From positions 4,256,001 through 4,320,000 of the forward strand of contig CBDCOX010000002.1 of NCBI GenBank assembly GCA_965219995.1: 64,000 nt of DNA, given 5' to 3'. Below are positions 9,734-20,507 of this stretch, piece by piece; the stretch's first letter is position 1, and each line of letters starts with the position of its first letter. This DNA is from Candidatus Latescibacterota bacterium (GTDB lineage Bacteria; Latescibacterota; UBA2968; GCA-2709665). The notes under the pieces were generated by a model. The model searched no databases and was not told the DNA's origin. It worked only from the letters and a program-made list of their open reading frames with translations. A program made the translations under genes and the position numbers.

Positions 9734-12700
9734 TCAGTCATCGATGGTGAGGATGACGTTCCCCTGCTCATCACCAACGTAGATCGGCCCGAGGGCTGCG
9801 ACTCCTTCGGGTGTCACGTGACTGGCGACCGGCTTCGCGCTTGCCGTGGGGGGCGTTATGGCTCCCACCGTGGCAGGCAGCCTGTACCGATCGGCATGGT
9901 TGGCGTCAACAATGTAGCCGAGATCGGCAAACGACTGAATGGTGATCCCGCTGAGCGCATGCTCCTGCTCTACCGTCGGCTCCATTATTTCGGCCCCGAA
10001 TTGGCGGTCCAGGCCTCTAAACACATACGGATTCCAATGGCTGCCCGCGCCGCAGCTTGAAAACAAGCGAGATTCCACCGGGACCTTGTTCCCAACGTAA
10101 GTCTCGCCGCCGGCGGCATCGAACGCCTGAACGGCCAGTTCACCACTGAAATATGCGTCTCCCGACAGTTCATGAACCAGGCCGAACGTCTGCCAGAGTA
10201 CACCGAATCCCAGAACATGCGCTATTTCGTGCAGCATCAGGTCGCGCACCTGTCTTTCCTCGTGCCAGAGCGACGACGTACCCTCACGCCGGGCAAGGAA
10301 TTTCGAAGCAATATGGACTCTGCCAAGTGCTGGCAGGCCGATCGGGTTGCCCGACCGCACATAGTCCGGTCCCCCCCGTCCCGCGTATTGTCCGTCATGG
10401 GATTTCAGGACAAAGATCCGCAGGTCGTCCACAACATCCCCGATCTCCCGGGTGACGCGGCCGCCGTCGGCAACGAAATCAAAGCGATTGGACGAGAAAT
10501 CCACGTCTGGCAGGCCCTGTGTAATGATGGCCTCGAAGCGCCTCGCCGCCTGCTGCATCAGATCCATGCGCGCGTCCGTAAAATCGTCCACGAACACGAG
10601 TTCGATATTGAAGGGGTCCGCCCCGGCAGGGACAACACGGACGTACAAGCCGGCGGAGCAGTTGTTATCGGTATCCGTCTCGCCAAGCACGCCATCCACA
10701 CATGCGCCATAGTAGTAAGTCCCCGGACTGGATGGGGCGTTCAACCGGATTGTTGCCCTGCTTGCAGCGAAAGTGGCGCGGCGTCTACCGGGTTCGAGGT
10801 TGGGTCCGAGGACCAGGCCGTCAATACCCGCAAGGCCTCTTATCGTGCCTGTGGCGACCTGCGTGTCGGAGGCATCGATGGTGGCGTCGTCCGAGCGGTA
10901 GTAACGCACCGCAGTCGCGCCAGATGCGGCGGGTCCCTCGTTTCTCACTGCCGCCGTGAACGTGAATGGCTGTCCCGCCAACGGGTTGCTCGTACTGACC
11001 CAGGCCGGACCGAAAGCCAGATCCGGAACGCCGACGTTCAGGGACACTGCCTCCGAGCAATTGTTGTTCGTATCGGTTTCCCCGGAAACGGGATCGACAC
11101 AAACTCCATAGTAATACGTGCTCGGATTTTTTGGCATCTCAAACCAACCGAAAACAGGGGGGCTCCCATTTGGACCGAGGAGCCCCACGCCGTTGGTCGA
11201 GACTTGCGTGTCTGAGGCTTCGATGACGGCGTCGTCCGACCGGTAAAACCGCGCGACCGTCTCGTCGGCGGTACCGTCACCTGCATTCAGGACGTAAGCA
11301 AGCAGATCGATTTCCCGCGCGGTTCGGTCGATCTCTCTTAGCACGAGTCCTCGAATGATCAGGTCCGGGTTTCCTCTGTCTTCGACAATCAGGCGCGTGC
11401 CAACGGAGCAGTTGTTTTCGGTATTGGTCTCGCCGGGGACGGGATCGACACAGACCCCCAGATAGTACGTGCCCGCCTCGTCCGGGCTTGGCATCGTATG
11501 GCCACTGCGGAATTGATACGTTGGGTCTCGAGGGGGTACAGCAAAGACTCCCAATTGAAATTGAAGCGACCTGTCTGTGGCGTCTATGGTCGTGTCGTCC
11601 GAGATGTACCTGCGCCCCGACGTCGCGGCAGCCGGGCCGGTACCGACGTTCTCAATCCTTGCGCTCCACGTAATGCCACTGCCAGGCGTGACATTATCGG
11701 GGATCAGAGTTGAAGGGTGGACGATTAGGTCCGGGCTGCCCTCATGGCTGCCGTCAACGGTGACAGGGACGCCCATCGAGCAGTAGTAGGTTAGCCTCCC
11801 TCCCACCTCCACGCAGACCCCGTAGTAATACGTTCCCGCGTACGCCGGGGCTGCCCAGTCAAGCACTGCCGTGGTGTCTGCTGAACCGCCCAACCAGGGC
11901 TCGGTAAACAGATAACCCCAATGGATGAGCGCGTCGCTTGAGTCTATAGATGCATCGGGCGATCGGTAGTAATTGATTCTCTGTGTTAATCCATCGGCCC
12001 GTGGTTTCTGTACGTTCGTCTCCATCGTGAAGGCCTGCCCCGCGTTCAGCCTGGTCTCGCTGACCTTGAATGAACGAAAGACAAGTTGATCCCCTTCGCT
12101 TCCTTCCGTCCCGACGACGGTAACAGGGCCGCCGGCTCCGGATGACGGCGCCGTTTTGCCGAAGTTCTCTGCGAACGCCAGGAAATCCGACAGGTCGATG
12201 CTGCCGTCATTGTCGAAATCTCCCCGCGCGTCGTAGCCGGCCTCCCCCTTTGACGTGCCGAACATGCGCGCAAAGGCGAGAAAATCCGACAGATCCACAC
12301 TCCCGTCGTTGTTGAAATCACCCGCGTTGCCACCGGCCGCAAACGTGATCTCAGCGGCGCCCACGGCCAGCTGATCCACGTCACGTCCGCTGGTCATCTC
12401 CATGCGTTTCACCACAAGCTTCGCGCCGGCATCCAGCTCGCGTGTCACCGATACGCTCACTTGACCCAGATATCCCGACGAAGGTACCGTAGCTCCCGAA
12501 ATGAACAGCGCCGATAGGGTGGCTGTACCCCGCACGATCAGGACGTTGCCGTTCCAGTCCACGCCCGATACCGTTCCGACGTGGTTTGCAAGGGTCTTGC
12601 CCGGCACGTCCAGTTCCAACGTGTACCCGTTCGTGGCGTTCCCCCCTCCGGCAGGCGCGAACAGTTGGAAGCGGATCGTGTCTCCCGCCTTCGGTGCCGG

Positions 12701-12859
12701 AAGCGTCTTCGCGTTGTTGTTCGTCGCCGGCGTCTCGATCTGCGTATCCACGTGCAGGGCCACCCCCGAGAACACCCCGAGCAACTTCATCGCGTACGCA
12801 GGCGCGCACAGCAATACCGCGAGGAACACCCACGGTCCGATGCGTCTGTATATGGACAT
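9734..12859 (-). CDS. Secreted cohesin-like / dockerin-like / 4x CARDB-like / leishmanolysin(M8)-like metalloprotease
   Basis: Signal peptide; about 150-aa beta-sandwich; twin GDFNNDGSVDLSDF loops; PDL..YY.S.D..ID..D..GTYYYG.CVD..ET.T.NNCS units; FNIEL.F..DDLRI..HEIAHVLGFG..GSHW..EIM..SGITIQSFADLGY. Confidence 0.88.
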   Translation of the reverse strand: MSIYRRIGPWVFLAVLLCAPAYAMKLLGVFSGVALHVDTQIETPATNNNAKTLPAPKAGDTIRFQLFAPAGGGNATNGYTLELDVPGKTLANHVGTVSGVDWNGNVLIVRGTATLSALFISGATVPSSGYLGQVSVSVTRELDAGAKLVVKRMEMTSGRDVDQLAVGAAEITFAAGGNAGDFNNDGSVDLSDFLAFARMFGTSKGEAGYDARGDFDNDGSIDLSDFLAFAENFGKTAPSSGAGGPVTVVGTEGSEGDQLVFRSFKVSETRLNAGQAFTMETNVQKPRADGLTQRINYYRSPDASIDSSDALIHWGYLFTEPWLGGSADTTAVLDWAAPAYAGTYYYGVCVEVGGRLTYYCSMGVPVTVDGSHEGSPDLIVHPSTLIPDNVTPGSGITWSARIENVGTGPAAATSGRRYISDDTTIDATDRSLQFQLGVFAVPPRDPTYQFRSGHTMPSPDEAGTYYLGVCVDPVPGETNTENNCSVGTRLIVEDRGNPDLIIRGLVLREIDRTAREIDLLAYVLNAGDGTADETVARFYRSDDAVIEASDTQVSTNGVGLLGPNGSPPVFGWFEMPKNPSTYYYGVCVDPVSGETDTNNNCSEAVSLNVGVPDLAFGPAWVSTSNPLAGQPFTFTAAVRNEGPAASGATAVRYYRSDDATIDASDTQVATGTIRGLAGIDGLVLGPNLEPGRRRATFAASRATIRLNAPSSPGTYYYGACVDGVLGETDTDNNCSAGLYVRVVPAGADPFNIELVFVDDFTDARMDLMQQAARRFEAIITQGLPDVDFSSNRFDFVADGGRVTREIGDVVDDLRIFVLKSHDGQYAGRGGPDYVRSGNPIGLPALGRVHIASKFLARREGTSSLWHEERQVRDLMLHEIAHVLGFGVLWQTFGLVHELSGDAYFSGELAVQAFDAAGGETYVGNKVPVESRLFSSCGAGSHWNPYVFRGLDRQFGAEIMEPTVEQEHALSGITIQSFADLGYIVDANHADRYRLPATVGAITPPTASAKPVASHVTPEGVAALGPIYVGDEQGNVILTIDD

Positions 12860-12863
12860 ATAA

Positions 12864-13065
12864 TCAGTCCCTCTTGTTATTAATGGCGCCCGTCAATTGG
12901 TTTCCCATTAATAACAGACGCATCAGATTCTTAAAGAGCCCCAACTCCGACGGAATGAGCGCAACGCCTGCGATTGTCCGTTTGAACTCTCTCAGGAGTC
13001 TGTCCGTAATGAAAATCATTCCTGTCACGCAGGCCATGAGAGACACACGTGTCAGGTCCGTTGCG
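12864..13065 (-). pseudogene. Degenerate LRR relic
   Basis: IPSELGLFKNLMRLLLMGNQLTGAI resembles the LRR units of 17221 and 51525. Confidence 0.55.
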
Positions 13066-13066
13066 C

Positions 13067-16000
13067 TTATTGTCCGAAACTCTCCACAAAGATCAAAAAA
13101 TCGCTTAGCCCGATCGTGCCGTTGCCGTCCAGGTCGAACCGCGCGTCAAATCCCGCGTCGCCCTGGCTTAACCCGAAGGCGTGGGCGAAGAGCAGAAAGT
13201 CGGATAGGCCGATGGTACCATCGGCGTCGAAGTCGGCGGCATCGAATTGGGGCGTGACGAAACGAGCAATATCCCATAGCAGTACCGTGCCGTCGCGTGA
13301 CCCCGAGGCGAGTGTCTTCCCATCGCCAGAAAACGAAAGGGAATTAATCCACTCTGTGTGTCCGCCTTCAAACGTAGCGATTCTTTCCTTTTTCGTCACG
13401 TTCCATAGTCTTATTGTACCGAAGTACTTCGACGAGGCGGCGAGCAGCCTCCCGTCAGGCGAAAAAGCCCCGGTAGTCGTCTGACCCCAATTGCCTTCAA
13501 ACGTGGCGACAGTCTTCCTGGTGGCGAGGTCCCAGAGTTTTACAGATCCCCAAACTTCACCAAGATTTCCATAGGCTGAGCCGGTCGCGAGCAACTTCCC
13601 ATCCGGCGAAAACCGTAAGAAACCACCGCTTACCCCAGCGGCCTCCAGATCCATGGTTGCGATTTTCTCATGCGTCATGACGTCCCACAAGTCCACCAGA
13701 CCGTCATCGAACTTCGAAGCCAGAATCCTGCCGTCCGGAGAAAACGATATCGCGTTTGCCGGAGAAGCAATCGCGGCCTGTGCGTTCGTTTCCGTGTCCC
13801 AGAAGACGATCTCGTAGATCCCTCCGGTAGCGATCGTCTTTCCGTCAGGCGAGACGACCATATCCGAGATGAAACATCTCTCTCTAAAGTAGGTGGCAAT
13901 GGGCGAAACTACATTCGAAAGTGTCGCCGTGTCCCACAGCAGTATTTCCTGGTACGCCCCGGACGCGAGGGTCGTTCCGTCGGACAAGTAATCCAAGGAA
14001 GCGACCGGGTACGTATGCCCTTTGAGAGTGGCAACCTGTGCCCACGTTGCCACGTCCAGCAGTCTGATCGTATTGTCGTCAGGCGCCAGTGCAAGCGTCG
14101 TTCCGTCGCCCGAAAACGCAACGGTACTGACGGCGCCTTCCTTTTCAATCTCGTCAATAACGCCCATTGCCGAAACGTCCCACAGGTTGACCGTGCCGTC
14201 AGAATGCCCCGACGCGAGGACTCCCTCTGGCGAGAAAGCCACGGATCCGACCTCGCCGGAAAGGGCTTCGAGCGTCGCGGTATTCTCTCCTGTCGCTACG
14301 TCCCACAGTCTGATGGTGCTGTCGCTGGAAGCCGAAACGAGGGTTTTTCCATCGCTTGTAAACGTAGCGGAATTGACTCTGCCTGAATGCCCCTCAAGGG
14401 TCGCCATCAGTTTCTTTGCCGCCACGTCCCATAGCTTGACCGTTCTATCCCAGGATCCGGAGGCGAGGACGCCGCCGTCCGGCGAAATGGATACGGACGA
14501 GACCGGGTACGTATGCGGGTACCTCTGGTCGTCGAGGATGCCGACCCTGGCCCCCGTCTTCACGTCCACCAGCCGGATGGTACTGTCAAAGCCAATCGCG
14601 ATCAGCGTACCACCCGGCAGAAACGATATGGAAACAGGGTCACCCAGCCAATTAAGGCTCCCCCCCCCGGTGCCAAAGTAGGCGACCTCCCGCCAGTCCT
14701 TCGTATCCCACGCCGTGACCCAGCCTTCATTATTAACGGAAACAAGCAGATTTCCATCCGGTGAAAAGGCCACGTCTCTGGGCCAACAGATCCGGAACGT
14801 GGTGATCAGAACGCCCGTCGCCACGTCCCAAACCCTTACACTGGGTGTGCGGCAAGACTGCTCTGAGACGGCGAGGGTAGTCCCGTCCGGTGAGAATGAC
14901 ATCGAGTTGATCTTTCCACGCTCCGAAGGCAGCAGGGCGAGCGGCCGGGACGTTTTCGCATCGTAGATCCAGACGCCAATCGACCGCGCCACCGCAATGA
15001 GTCTTCCATCCGGGGAGAAGGCGACCGCTTTTTTGCTGGAGGAGAGGCGGCCTTTCCCGACGCGGGCTGTCGCGCCATCAGGCAGATTCCACGTGTGATT
15101 GGCGCTGTCCCGGACCGGAAGTGGGACAGGCTGTCCCGTGCCTATCGCGTAGAAGGTCGCCACCGTGAGGTCACCCAGTGACACTTCGACGGCGTTCGTG
15201 CCCGGGCTGTCACCCAGCGTAAGGAAACGCTCGGCCCGGCCATTGGCGCTGGTCGTCGCGTTTTCCAGTGTGAAGCGTCCACTGAGACTTCCCCCGCCAG
15301 CGGTGACCGAGAAAACCACCTGCGCATTCGCAAGGGGATTGTTGTACTGATCCCTCACTTCCACGAGAAGGGGCTGCGCCAACGAGGTGCCTGACTCGCC
15401 TTGCTGGCCGTCGCCGGAGATCTTCTCCAGGCTATGCGGACGGGGAAGTGTTGATCCAGACTCAACGGCCGATAGTACGAATGAGAGGTCGTTCACGTTT
15501 CCTTCCAAATCAACGGCTCTGGCAATTATCCAATGCTTCGATGGCTGCGAGAGACCGGAGAAGACCCTCCAATACACTTCATACGGAATAACGCCGTTGT
15601 AATCAAAGGCCGCGAGAAACTGCGCGTCTCCCGCCAACCCTCGATAAGCCTTCACTTGAATACCACCTTCGTAGTCTACGTACAAAATCACCTGATGCAG
15701 TCCATCCGCATCGCCGACTTTGAGTTGCACGGAAACGCTTTTTGCGTCCTCCGGATAGGTAAGCGGCGAAATTCGTTCGATGGTGGGAGGTGGTCCCGCT
15801 TCAATGGGAATATCCGGGTTGAGATAGGGTTGTACAACCAGAAATTCGGCGTTGCAAGCGGATATTTCTGAATTCTCCAGGTTGCCGTACGACATGACAT
15901 ACGTCTGTTCGCGAAAATCGTGGTGCAAACCAAAAGCATGACCGAGTTCGTGGCTGACAACGTTGTGATGATTGAAGGGGTCCATTTCGTTGCTGGTAAC

Positions 16001-16570
16001 CAGGGCGAATCCGCCGGTTTTTCCGATTCGTGTACCTTTACCCCCCGCAGACCTATCGATTACGTCCGTACTGTTATCAATCGCGACTACGTATACGTTC
16101 CGCTCGACGTCGAAGGCATGTTCAATCTCATTAAGTACCTTCACAAATGTATCTTCTATATAGTGACTATCGGGATGTTGACCATCTACGCGATGCACCA
16201 TCGGCTTGCCTTCGACATCGGTTTCAAATTGAAAGGTTCTATCCTCATATCCACGCGCCTGCATGGATTCGGCATAGAACGTCTGGATCTCTCGAATTCT
16301 ATCTTTAAAGTTCTGGACCACCTCGGCGTGATAGGGCCGGTCATTGGGCAGAAAGTAGATCAGCCGCACCGTGCGGGGTTCGCCCACGTTCAGGTCTGCC
16401 GCCCGCTTGCCTGCGGGGCGGGGATGATTCCGCCGCCACTGCTCGTAATCGAACGGTACGCAGAAATGCACGCTGTCGGGCGCAGACGAGGACGCGGAAA
16501 CACCTGCCGGTGGCGTGAGCAGGACGACCGGCAGAATTGGTAAGATGAAGATGGAGAGGCGCGCTTGCAT
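13067..16570 (-). CDS. Secreted zincin metalloprotease / invasin-type Ig-like / double WD40 propeller / C-terminal dockerin-like protein
   Basis: N-terminus paralogous to 2569 (AADLNVGEPRTVR.IYFLPNDRP); HELGHAFGLHH; LEKISGDGQQG..PLLVEVRDQ..V.FSVTAGGG; many WD40 repeats; DFDADGTIGLSDF / DLDGNGTIGLSDF. Confidence 0.9.
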   Translation of the reverse strand: MQARLSIFILPILPVVLLTPPAGVSASSSAPDSVHFCVPFDYEQWRRNHPRPAGKRAADLNVGEPRTVRLIYFLPNDRPYHAEVVQNFKDRIREIQTFYAESMQARGYEDRTFQFETDVEGKPMVHRVDGQHPDSHYIEDTFVKVLNEIEHAFDVERNVYVVAIDNSTDVIDRSAGGKGTRIGKTGGFALVTSNEMDPFNHHNVVSHELGHAFGLHHDFREQTYVMSYGNLENSEISACNAEFLVVQPYLNPDIPIEAGPPPTIERISPLTYPEDAKSVSVQLKVGDADGLHQVILYVDYEGGIQVKAYRGLAGDAQFLAAFDYNGVIPYEVYWRVFSGLSQPSKHWIIARAVDLEGNVNDLSFVLSAVESGSTLPRPHSLEKISGDGQQGESGTSLAQPLLVEVRDQYNNPLANAQVVFSVTAGGGSLSGRFTLENATTSANGRAERFLTLGDSPGTNAVEVSLGDLTVATFYAIGTGQPVPLPVRDSANHTWNLPDGATARVGKGRLSSSKKAVAFSPDGRLIAVARSIGVWIYDAKTSRPLALLPSERGKINSMSFSPDGTTLAVSEQSCRTPSVRVWDVATGVLITTFRICWPRDVAFSPDGNLLVSVNNEGWVTAWDTKDWREVAYFGTGGGSLNWLGDPVSISFLPGGTLIAIGFDSTIRLVDVKTGARVGILDDQRYPHTYPVSSVSISPDGGVLASGSWDRTVKLWDVAAKKLMATLEGHSGRVNSATFTSDGKTLVSASSDSTIRLWDVATGENTATLEALSGEVGSVAFSPEGVLASGHSDGTVNLWDVSAMGVIDEIEKEGAVSTVAFSGDGTTLALAPDDNTIRLLDVATWAQVATLKGHTYPVASLDYLSDGTTLASGAYQEILLWDTATLSNVVSPIATYFRERCFISDMVVSPDGKTIATGGIYEIVFWDTETNAQAAIASPANAISFSPDGRILASKFDDGLVDLWDVMTHEKIATMDLEAAGVSGGFLRFSPDGKLLATGSAYGNLGEVWGSVKLWDLATRKTVATFEGNWGQTTTGAFSPDGRLLAASSKYFGTIRLWNVTKKERIATFEGGHTEWINSLSFSGDGKTLASGSRDGTVLLWDIARFVTPQFDAADFDADGTIGLSDFLLFAHAFGLSQGDAGFDARFDLDGNGTIGLSDFLIFVESFGQ

Positions 16571-16714
16571 CGGAATGATCTCCCTTCAGAAACGGTTCAG
16601 GCAGCGGCTCGACCTCAGTGTCGATGTACCGCGCATATTTATGGAGACGCGTGAAATCGTCTACACCCCACGCGTTGATTCGCAGACTTTATGCCTGCGT
16701 CCTTCCTCGCGTTC

Positions 16715-17107
16715 TCAGTTCGTCCCGCATTGCACAGACCTGTTGACGACGCTGGCGAGGGTTATGCCGCCAAAGGATACCGCCACGTCGAAATCCTGTC
16801 CGCTCTCACACCGGGTCTTTGCCTCGCCGCTGAGGTTGAGTTGCGAGCACGCGGTCAGCAACGCTGCGCGCATGGCTTCTTCCTCAGTTGCGCCGGAGCC
16901 CGTTCCTGTTCCCGATCCGGACGGCGAACTGAGATCTCCCATCCTTGAAGGCACAAGCGTCAGCGTCACCTCGCACTGCCACGACTTCGATCCCGCGCCG
17001 TCGTCGGCGCCGCAGGACAAGGCGACGTACGTGGCCAAAACGGTCATCAAGAGATAAATCGACGCCTTGAATATTGCCGTGAAGCTTCTTCTTCGTACCG
17101 TCTCCAT
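16715..17107 (-). CDS. Small Cys-containing lipoprotein, copy 1
   Basis: GGAGG RBS before ATG 17107; lipobox VALSC; four further Cys; mature part nearly identical to 33419-33817. Confidence 0.75.
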   Translation of the reverse strand: METVRRRSFTAIFKASIYLLMTVLATYVALSCGADDGAGSKSWQCEVTLTLVPSRMGDLSSPSGSGTGTGSGATEEEAMRAALLTACSQLNLSGEAKTRCESGQDFDVAVSFGGITLASVVNRSVQCGTN

Positions 17108-17220
17108 GAACACGCCCTCCTGGTTCAGGTCAACCGGGTAAATCACCTCGGCACGGAATTGTCTTTTTCGTCATCGACAACGTCAGCCTGATCGCCCTTG
17201 TTCGCATGTGATCTCGCACC

Positions 17221-19356
17221 TTAAGGCACGGCCGTTATTCGATAATCGCTGCCCGAACGGGTGCCCTGCAATCCGTTCAGGTTGAAGCCCGCGCTGCAGA
17301 ATCTTCCCGTACCGAAGGCCGTATACTGATAGCACCCGCCACCGACGTTGATAAACTCCGCACGACCAACCGAACACCTTTGGTTGGGCTTCACCACCAT
17401 CCCCACCGCGCACGCACCCAGGTTGTTGCCACTACCGCCGCCGCCGGCGGTGACCGTGACGCTTACACCGGACGAACAATTGTTGCCTGTATTGCTCTCA
17501 CCACTCACGGCGTCCACGCACGCGCCGTAGTAATACGTCCCCGCGTCCGATGGCGCGTCCAGGCTGATTGATTCGGCGCTTGTCCCCGACGCATCCAGCG
17601 CTCGCACCGCGTCCGTACCCACTTCCGTGTCGCTATCTGAAATCGTCGTATTCGAAGACCGGTAATAGCGCAGCGTCGTAGCGGCAGACCCGCCCGCGCC
17701 CGCGTTGCGCACCGTCGCGCGAAGCGTAAAGGACTCCCCAGTCGCCAGCGACGCGTCGCTCACCGATGCCGCATCCACGACCAGATCCGGACTGCTTCCG
17801 CCACCGCCGCCACTGTCGCAGTTCACCACGCCGCTCTTGCTTTCGATGCCCTGCAGCCATGCCCGGAATGCCGCGTCCGTCGGCGCGCACAGCCCTGTGT
17901 TTTCCAAAAACAGAAAGTCTAGGTTGGCAAGACCTGTGAAAGTGCCGGGCAGGGAGCCGGTAAGCCGCGGATTGGCCGAAAGCGCCAGCCATTCCAGGCT
18001 CGAGAGGTTGCCCAGTTCCGACGGGATCGTTCCCCTCAACTGGTTGCCGTGGAGATTCAGGTATTGCAGATTGGTCAACCTGCCCAGCTCAGGCGCGATC
18101 TCACCCGTCAACTGGTTGTTTTCCAGACCCAGGGCTTGCAGATCGGTGAGTCTGCCCAGCTCGGACGGGATCGGGCCCGTCAACTGGTTGTTCCAAAGAC
18201 CCAGCACTTGCAGGTTGGTGAGGCTGCCCAGATCCGACGGGATCGTGCCCGTCAGCTGGTTGGCGGAAAGATCCAAGTGTCCCAAGTTGGTGAGACTGCC
18301 CACCTCAGACGGGATCGTGCCCGCCAGCCGATTGCCGACCCGTACTCCAGTGTCAACACCGATGGCGACGGTGTCGCCGTCGCTTGTTGCAAAGGCGTAC
18401 AGCTCCAACTTCGTCACCCGGCCTGCCCCGTCTGTCGTCACGCCGTACCATTCGCCCAGCGGACGATCGCTCAGCCAGTTCGTATTGAAGCGCCAGTTGT
18501 CCCCATCCGTCGCGTTGTACAGCGCCACCAGCGCCTCACGATCTTCAGACCGGGGAGGAGGAGGCGCCTCGCACGTGGTCCCGAATACGCCGGCGAACGC
18601 CAGGAAGTCCGACAGATCGACGGCGCCGCTGCCGTCCAGATCCATCAGCGCGTTGTAATTTGCATCTCCGGACCGCGAGCCGAAAGCCCCCGCGAGCGCC
18701 AGAAAGTCAGGCAGACCCACCGTCCCGTCGCCGTCGAAATCGCCGGGGCACGCCGCTGCCTGCGTGAACGAAAGCAATGCGACAGATACGTCCAGATTCT
18801 GCACTCCGCCTGGGCCTGCCAGCGAAGCCGTCGAAACCGCCAGCACGTCCGATGACGTCAGCGCACGGCTCACGCTCAGGTTTACCTGACCGAGGTACCC
18901 GTTCGCCGGGACCGCCACGGCAGACAGCGACAGCATCGACAGCGTCGGGTTTCCCGTTCCCGATACCCTGGACAACAGAGCACTGCCGTTCAGGTCGGTT
19001 CCGGAAACGTCGTCGACGTAGCTCCCGAACGTCTTGCCGCGCAGTGAAAGTTCAACCGTGTATCCCTGGATCTGAGTGCCCCTCGCGTCGGGTACGAAGA
19101 GTTGAAACCGGATGCTGTCGCCAGCCTTCTTCTCAGGAACGGACACCACGTTGTTGTTCCGTGCGGGTGTCTCGATCTGCGCGTCCAGCAGCAATTGCGG
19201 GTGGCTGGAAAGGCCCCAATAATATGGCATCAATTCCTCCACCGGCACAGCCTGCGCCAACGCGACTTCCGACTTCAGGATGCCTATGCCGCCGGGGTTC
19301 GCGATAGCGAACAACACGAATCCAGCGACGATGGTTGCAAGGGAACGATGACGCAT
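17221..19356 (-). CDS. Secreted cohesin-like / dockerin-like / plant-type LRR / CARDB / Cys-rich terminal module protein
   Basis: Start at ATG 19356 (AGGAGAG RBS); DREALVALYNATDG.NW..W.GVT N-cap; 24-aa L.G.IPSELG.LTNL..L.L..NQ repeats; terminal CAVGMVVKPNQRC..YRITAVP. Confidence 0.9.
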   Translation of the reverse strand: MRHRSLATIVAGFVLFAIANPGGIGILKSEVALAQAVPVEELMPYYWGLSSHPQLLLDAQIETPARNNNVVSVPEKKAGDSIRFQLFVPDARGTQIQGYTVELSLRGKTFGSYVDDVSGTDLNGSALLSRVSGTGNPTLSMLSLSAVAVPANGYLGQVNLSVSRALTSSDVLAVSTASLAGPGGVQNLDVSVALLSFTQAAACPGDFDGDGTVGLPDFLALAGAFGSRSGDANYNALMDLDGSGAVDLSDFLAFAGVFGTTCEAPPPPRSEDREALVALYNATDGDNWRFNTNWLSDRPLGEWYGVTTDGAGRVTKLELYAFATSDGDTVAIGVDTGVRVGNRLAGTIPSEVGSLTNLGHLDLSANQLTGTIPSDLGSLTNLQVLGLWNNQLTGPIPSELGRLTDLQALGLENNQLTGEIAPELGRLTNLQYLNLHGNQLRGTIPSELGNLSSLEWLALSANPRLTGSLPGTFTGLANLDFLFLENTGLCAPTDAAFRAWLQGIESKSGVVNCDSGGGGGSSPDLVVDAASVSDASLATGESFTLRATVRNAGAGGSAATTLRYYRSSNTTISDSDTEVGTDAVRALDASGTSAESISLDAPSDAGTYYYGACVDAVSGESNTGNNCSSGVSVTVTAGGGGSGNNLGACAVGMVVKPNQRCSVGRAEFINVGGGCYQYTAFGTGRFCSAGFNLNGLQGTRSGSDYRITAVP

Positions 19357-19379
19357 GTGAACTCTCCTATGTGTCTTTA

Positions 19380-19915
19380 TCGATACGGCGACGTGAGTGG
19401 GTGCGGACGTCCGTAGACGGGAACACACCTGGCCGCCGGAGTTGGATTGATCCGATCAGGTGCGGGACAGGCATGCACACCGGCGTACGTCGAAGCGCTG
19501 CGGGTTGACAGACAATGCGAAGAAGGAGAAAAGAGAGGAGGGCGGCTTCTCGGCAGGGGAACAACAACCGGGAAAGCCGGTGATTCAGGTTTGCCCGACG
19601 GGGACGCAGACCTGAAGGCTGTCGCTGATGGTGAAATCCAGAACCGCAACCGTGGCCCGCTGCTGCCTGGGACCTTGGAATCCCGGGACGACATTCTGCC
19701 TCGAATCTTCGGACGATACCGCTCGAGGATGATTCAGCGACGCGATGTTCAGCGATGATGTTGCAAAATGCGTCGTTGTGCGCGTGGGATAATAATAACA
19801 CATATTTGTTGAAGTATCACTGAAATTATGGGGTATTTCTGTTGATTTTTCGGTGAATTTTCGTGTTTTTTTGCCGATGAGGCACGGTTTTGCGAAAGCG
19901 ATTCGAATCACATCC
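19380..19915 (-). repeat. Conserved long 5' leader region, copy 1
   Basis: Colinear similarity with 54045-54720 and 34480-35010. Confidence 0.8.
19792..19857 (-). promoter_or_regulatory. Four-box promoter motif, copy 3, with extended -10
   Basis: GTTGAA(19808), ACTGAA(19819), GTTGAT(19841), GGTGAA(19852); TGnTATTAT with hexamer at 19797-19792. Confidence 0.65.
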
Positions 19916-20060
19916 CGCCCTCTTGACGTCGCTAACACTTTAAATCGTCAATACGGATCTTCAATGGATGGACATGACAGAGAGGGTAAAAACGATATAG
20001 ACGGAAGTAGGAGAGGTTGTGTCGCCTGTTGCGTCGATAAAATACCAAGCTCCACGATGT

Positions 20061-20406
20061 CAACCGATGCTGCAGTAGATCCTTCGTCAGCCTGCCTGCC
20101 AATGAATCTCTGTCAGGCATGGAGCTTCCTCAGGATGACAGTTTGCGCTCTCTCTTCGCCGACCCTTCGACCCTTCGACAGACTCAGGGCACCGCATGCT
20201 CAGGGAGCGGCTCAGGGCACGGGAGACAGGAATGTCTGCCCCACCTTCATGTCTGTTTCCTGCGCATGACAATTTTCGCAAACGCGTGACCGAAACATCC
20301 CGCGGAGGGCTCTTGTACGCCATGTCATTCTGAGCGGAGCGAAGAATCTCCGGTCTTCTGGATCGTCCTGAACGAAAACGCGCGGTAGACACATGTGCGC
20401 GGAGAC
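20061..20406 (+). repeat. Composite REP-mosaic repeat, copy C
   Basis: Core repeat plus nested cccttcgacagactcaggg units. Confidence 0.88.
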
Positions 20407-20507
20407 AACGCATGCCAGGAGGTTTTCTCGCAATGACAGCAGAAGAAAGGACCCTCCTCACTCAGGCCAAGGGCCTCGGACATCCCAAGATGGGCTCGTG
20501 TCCCGGG

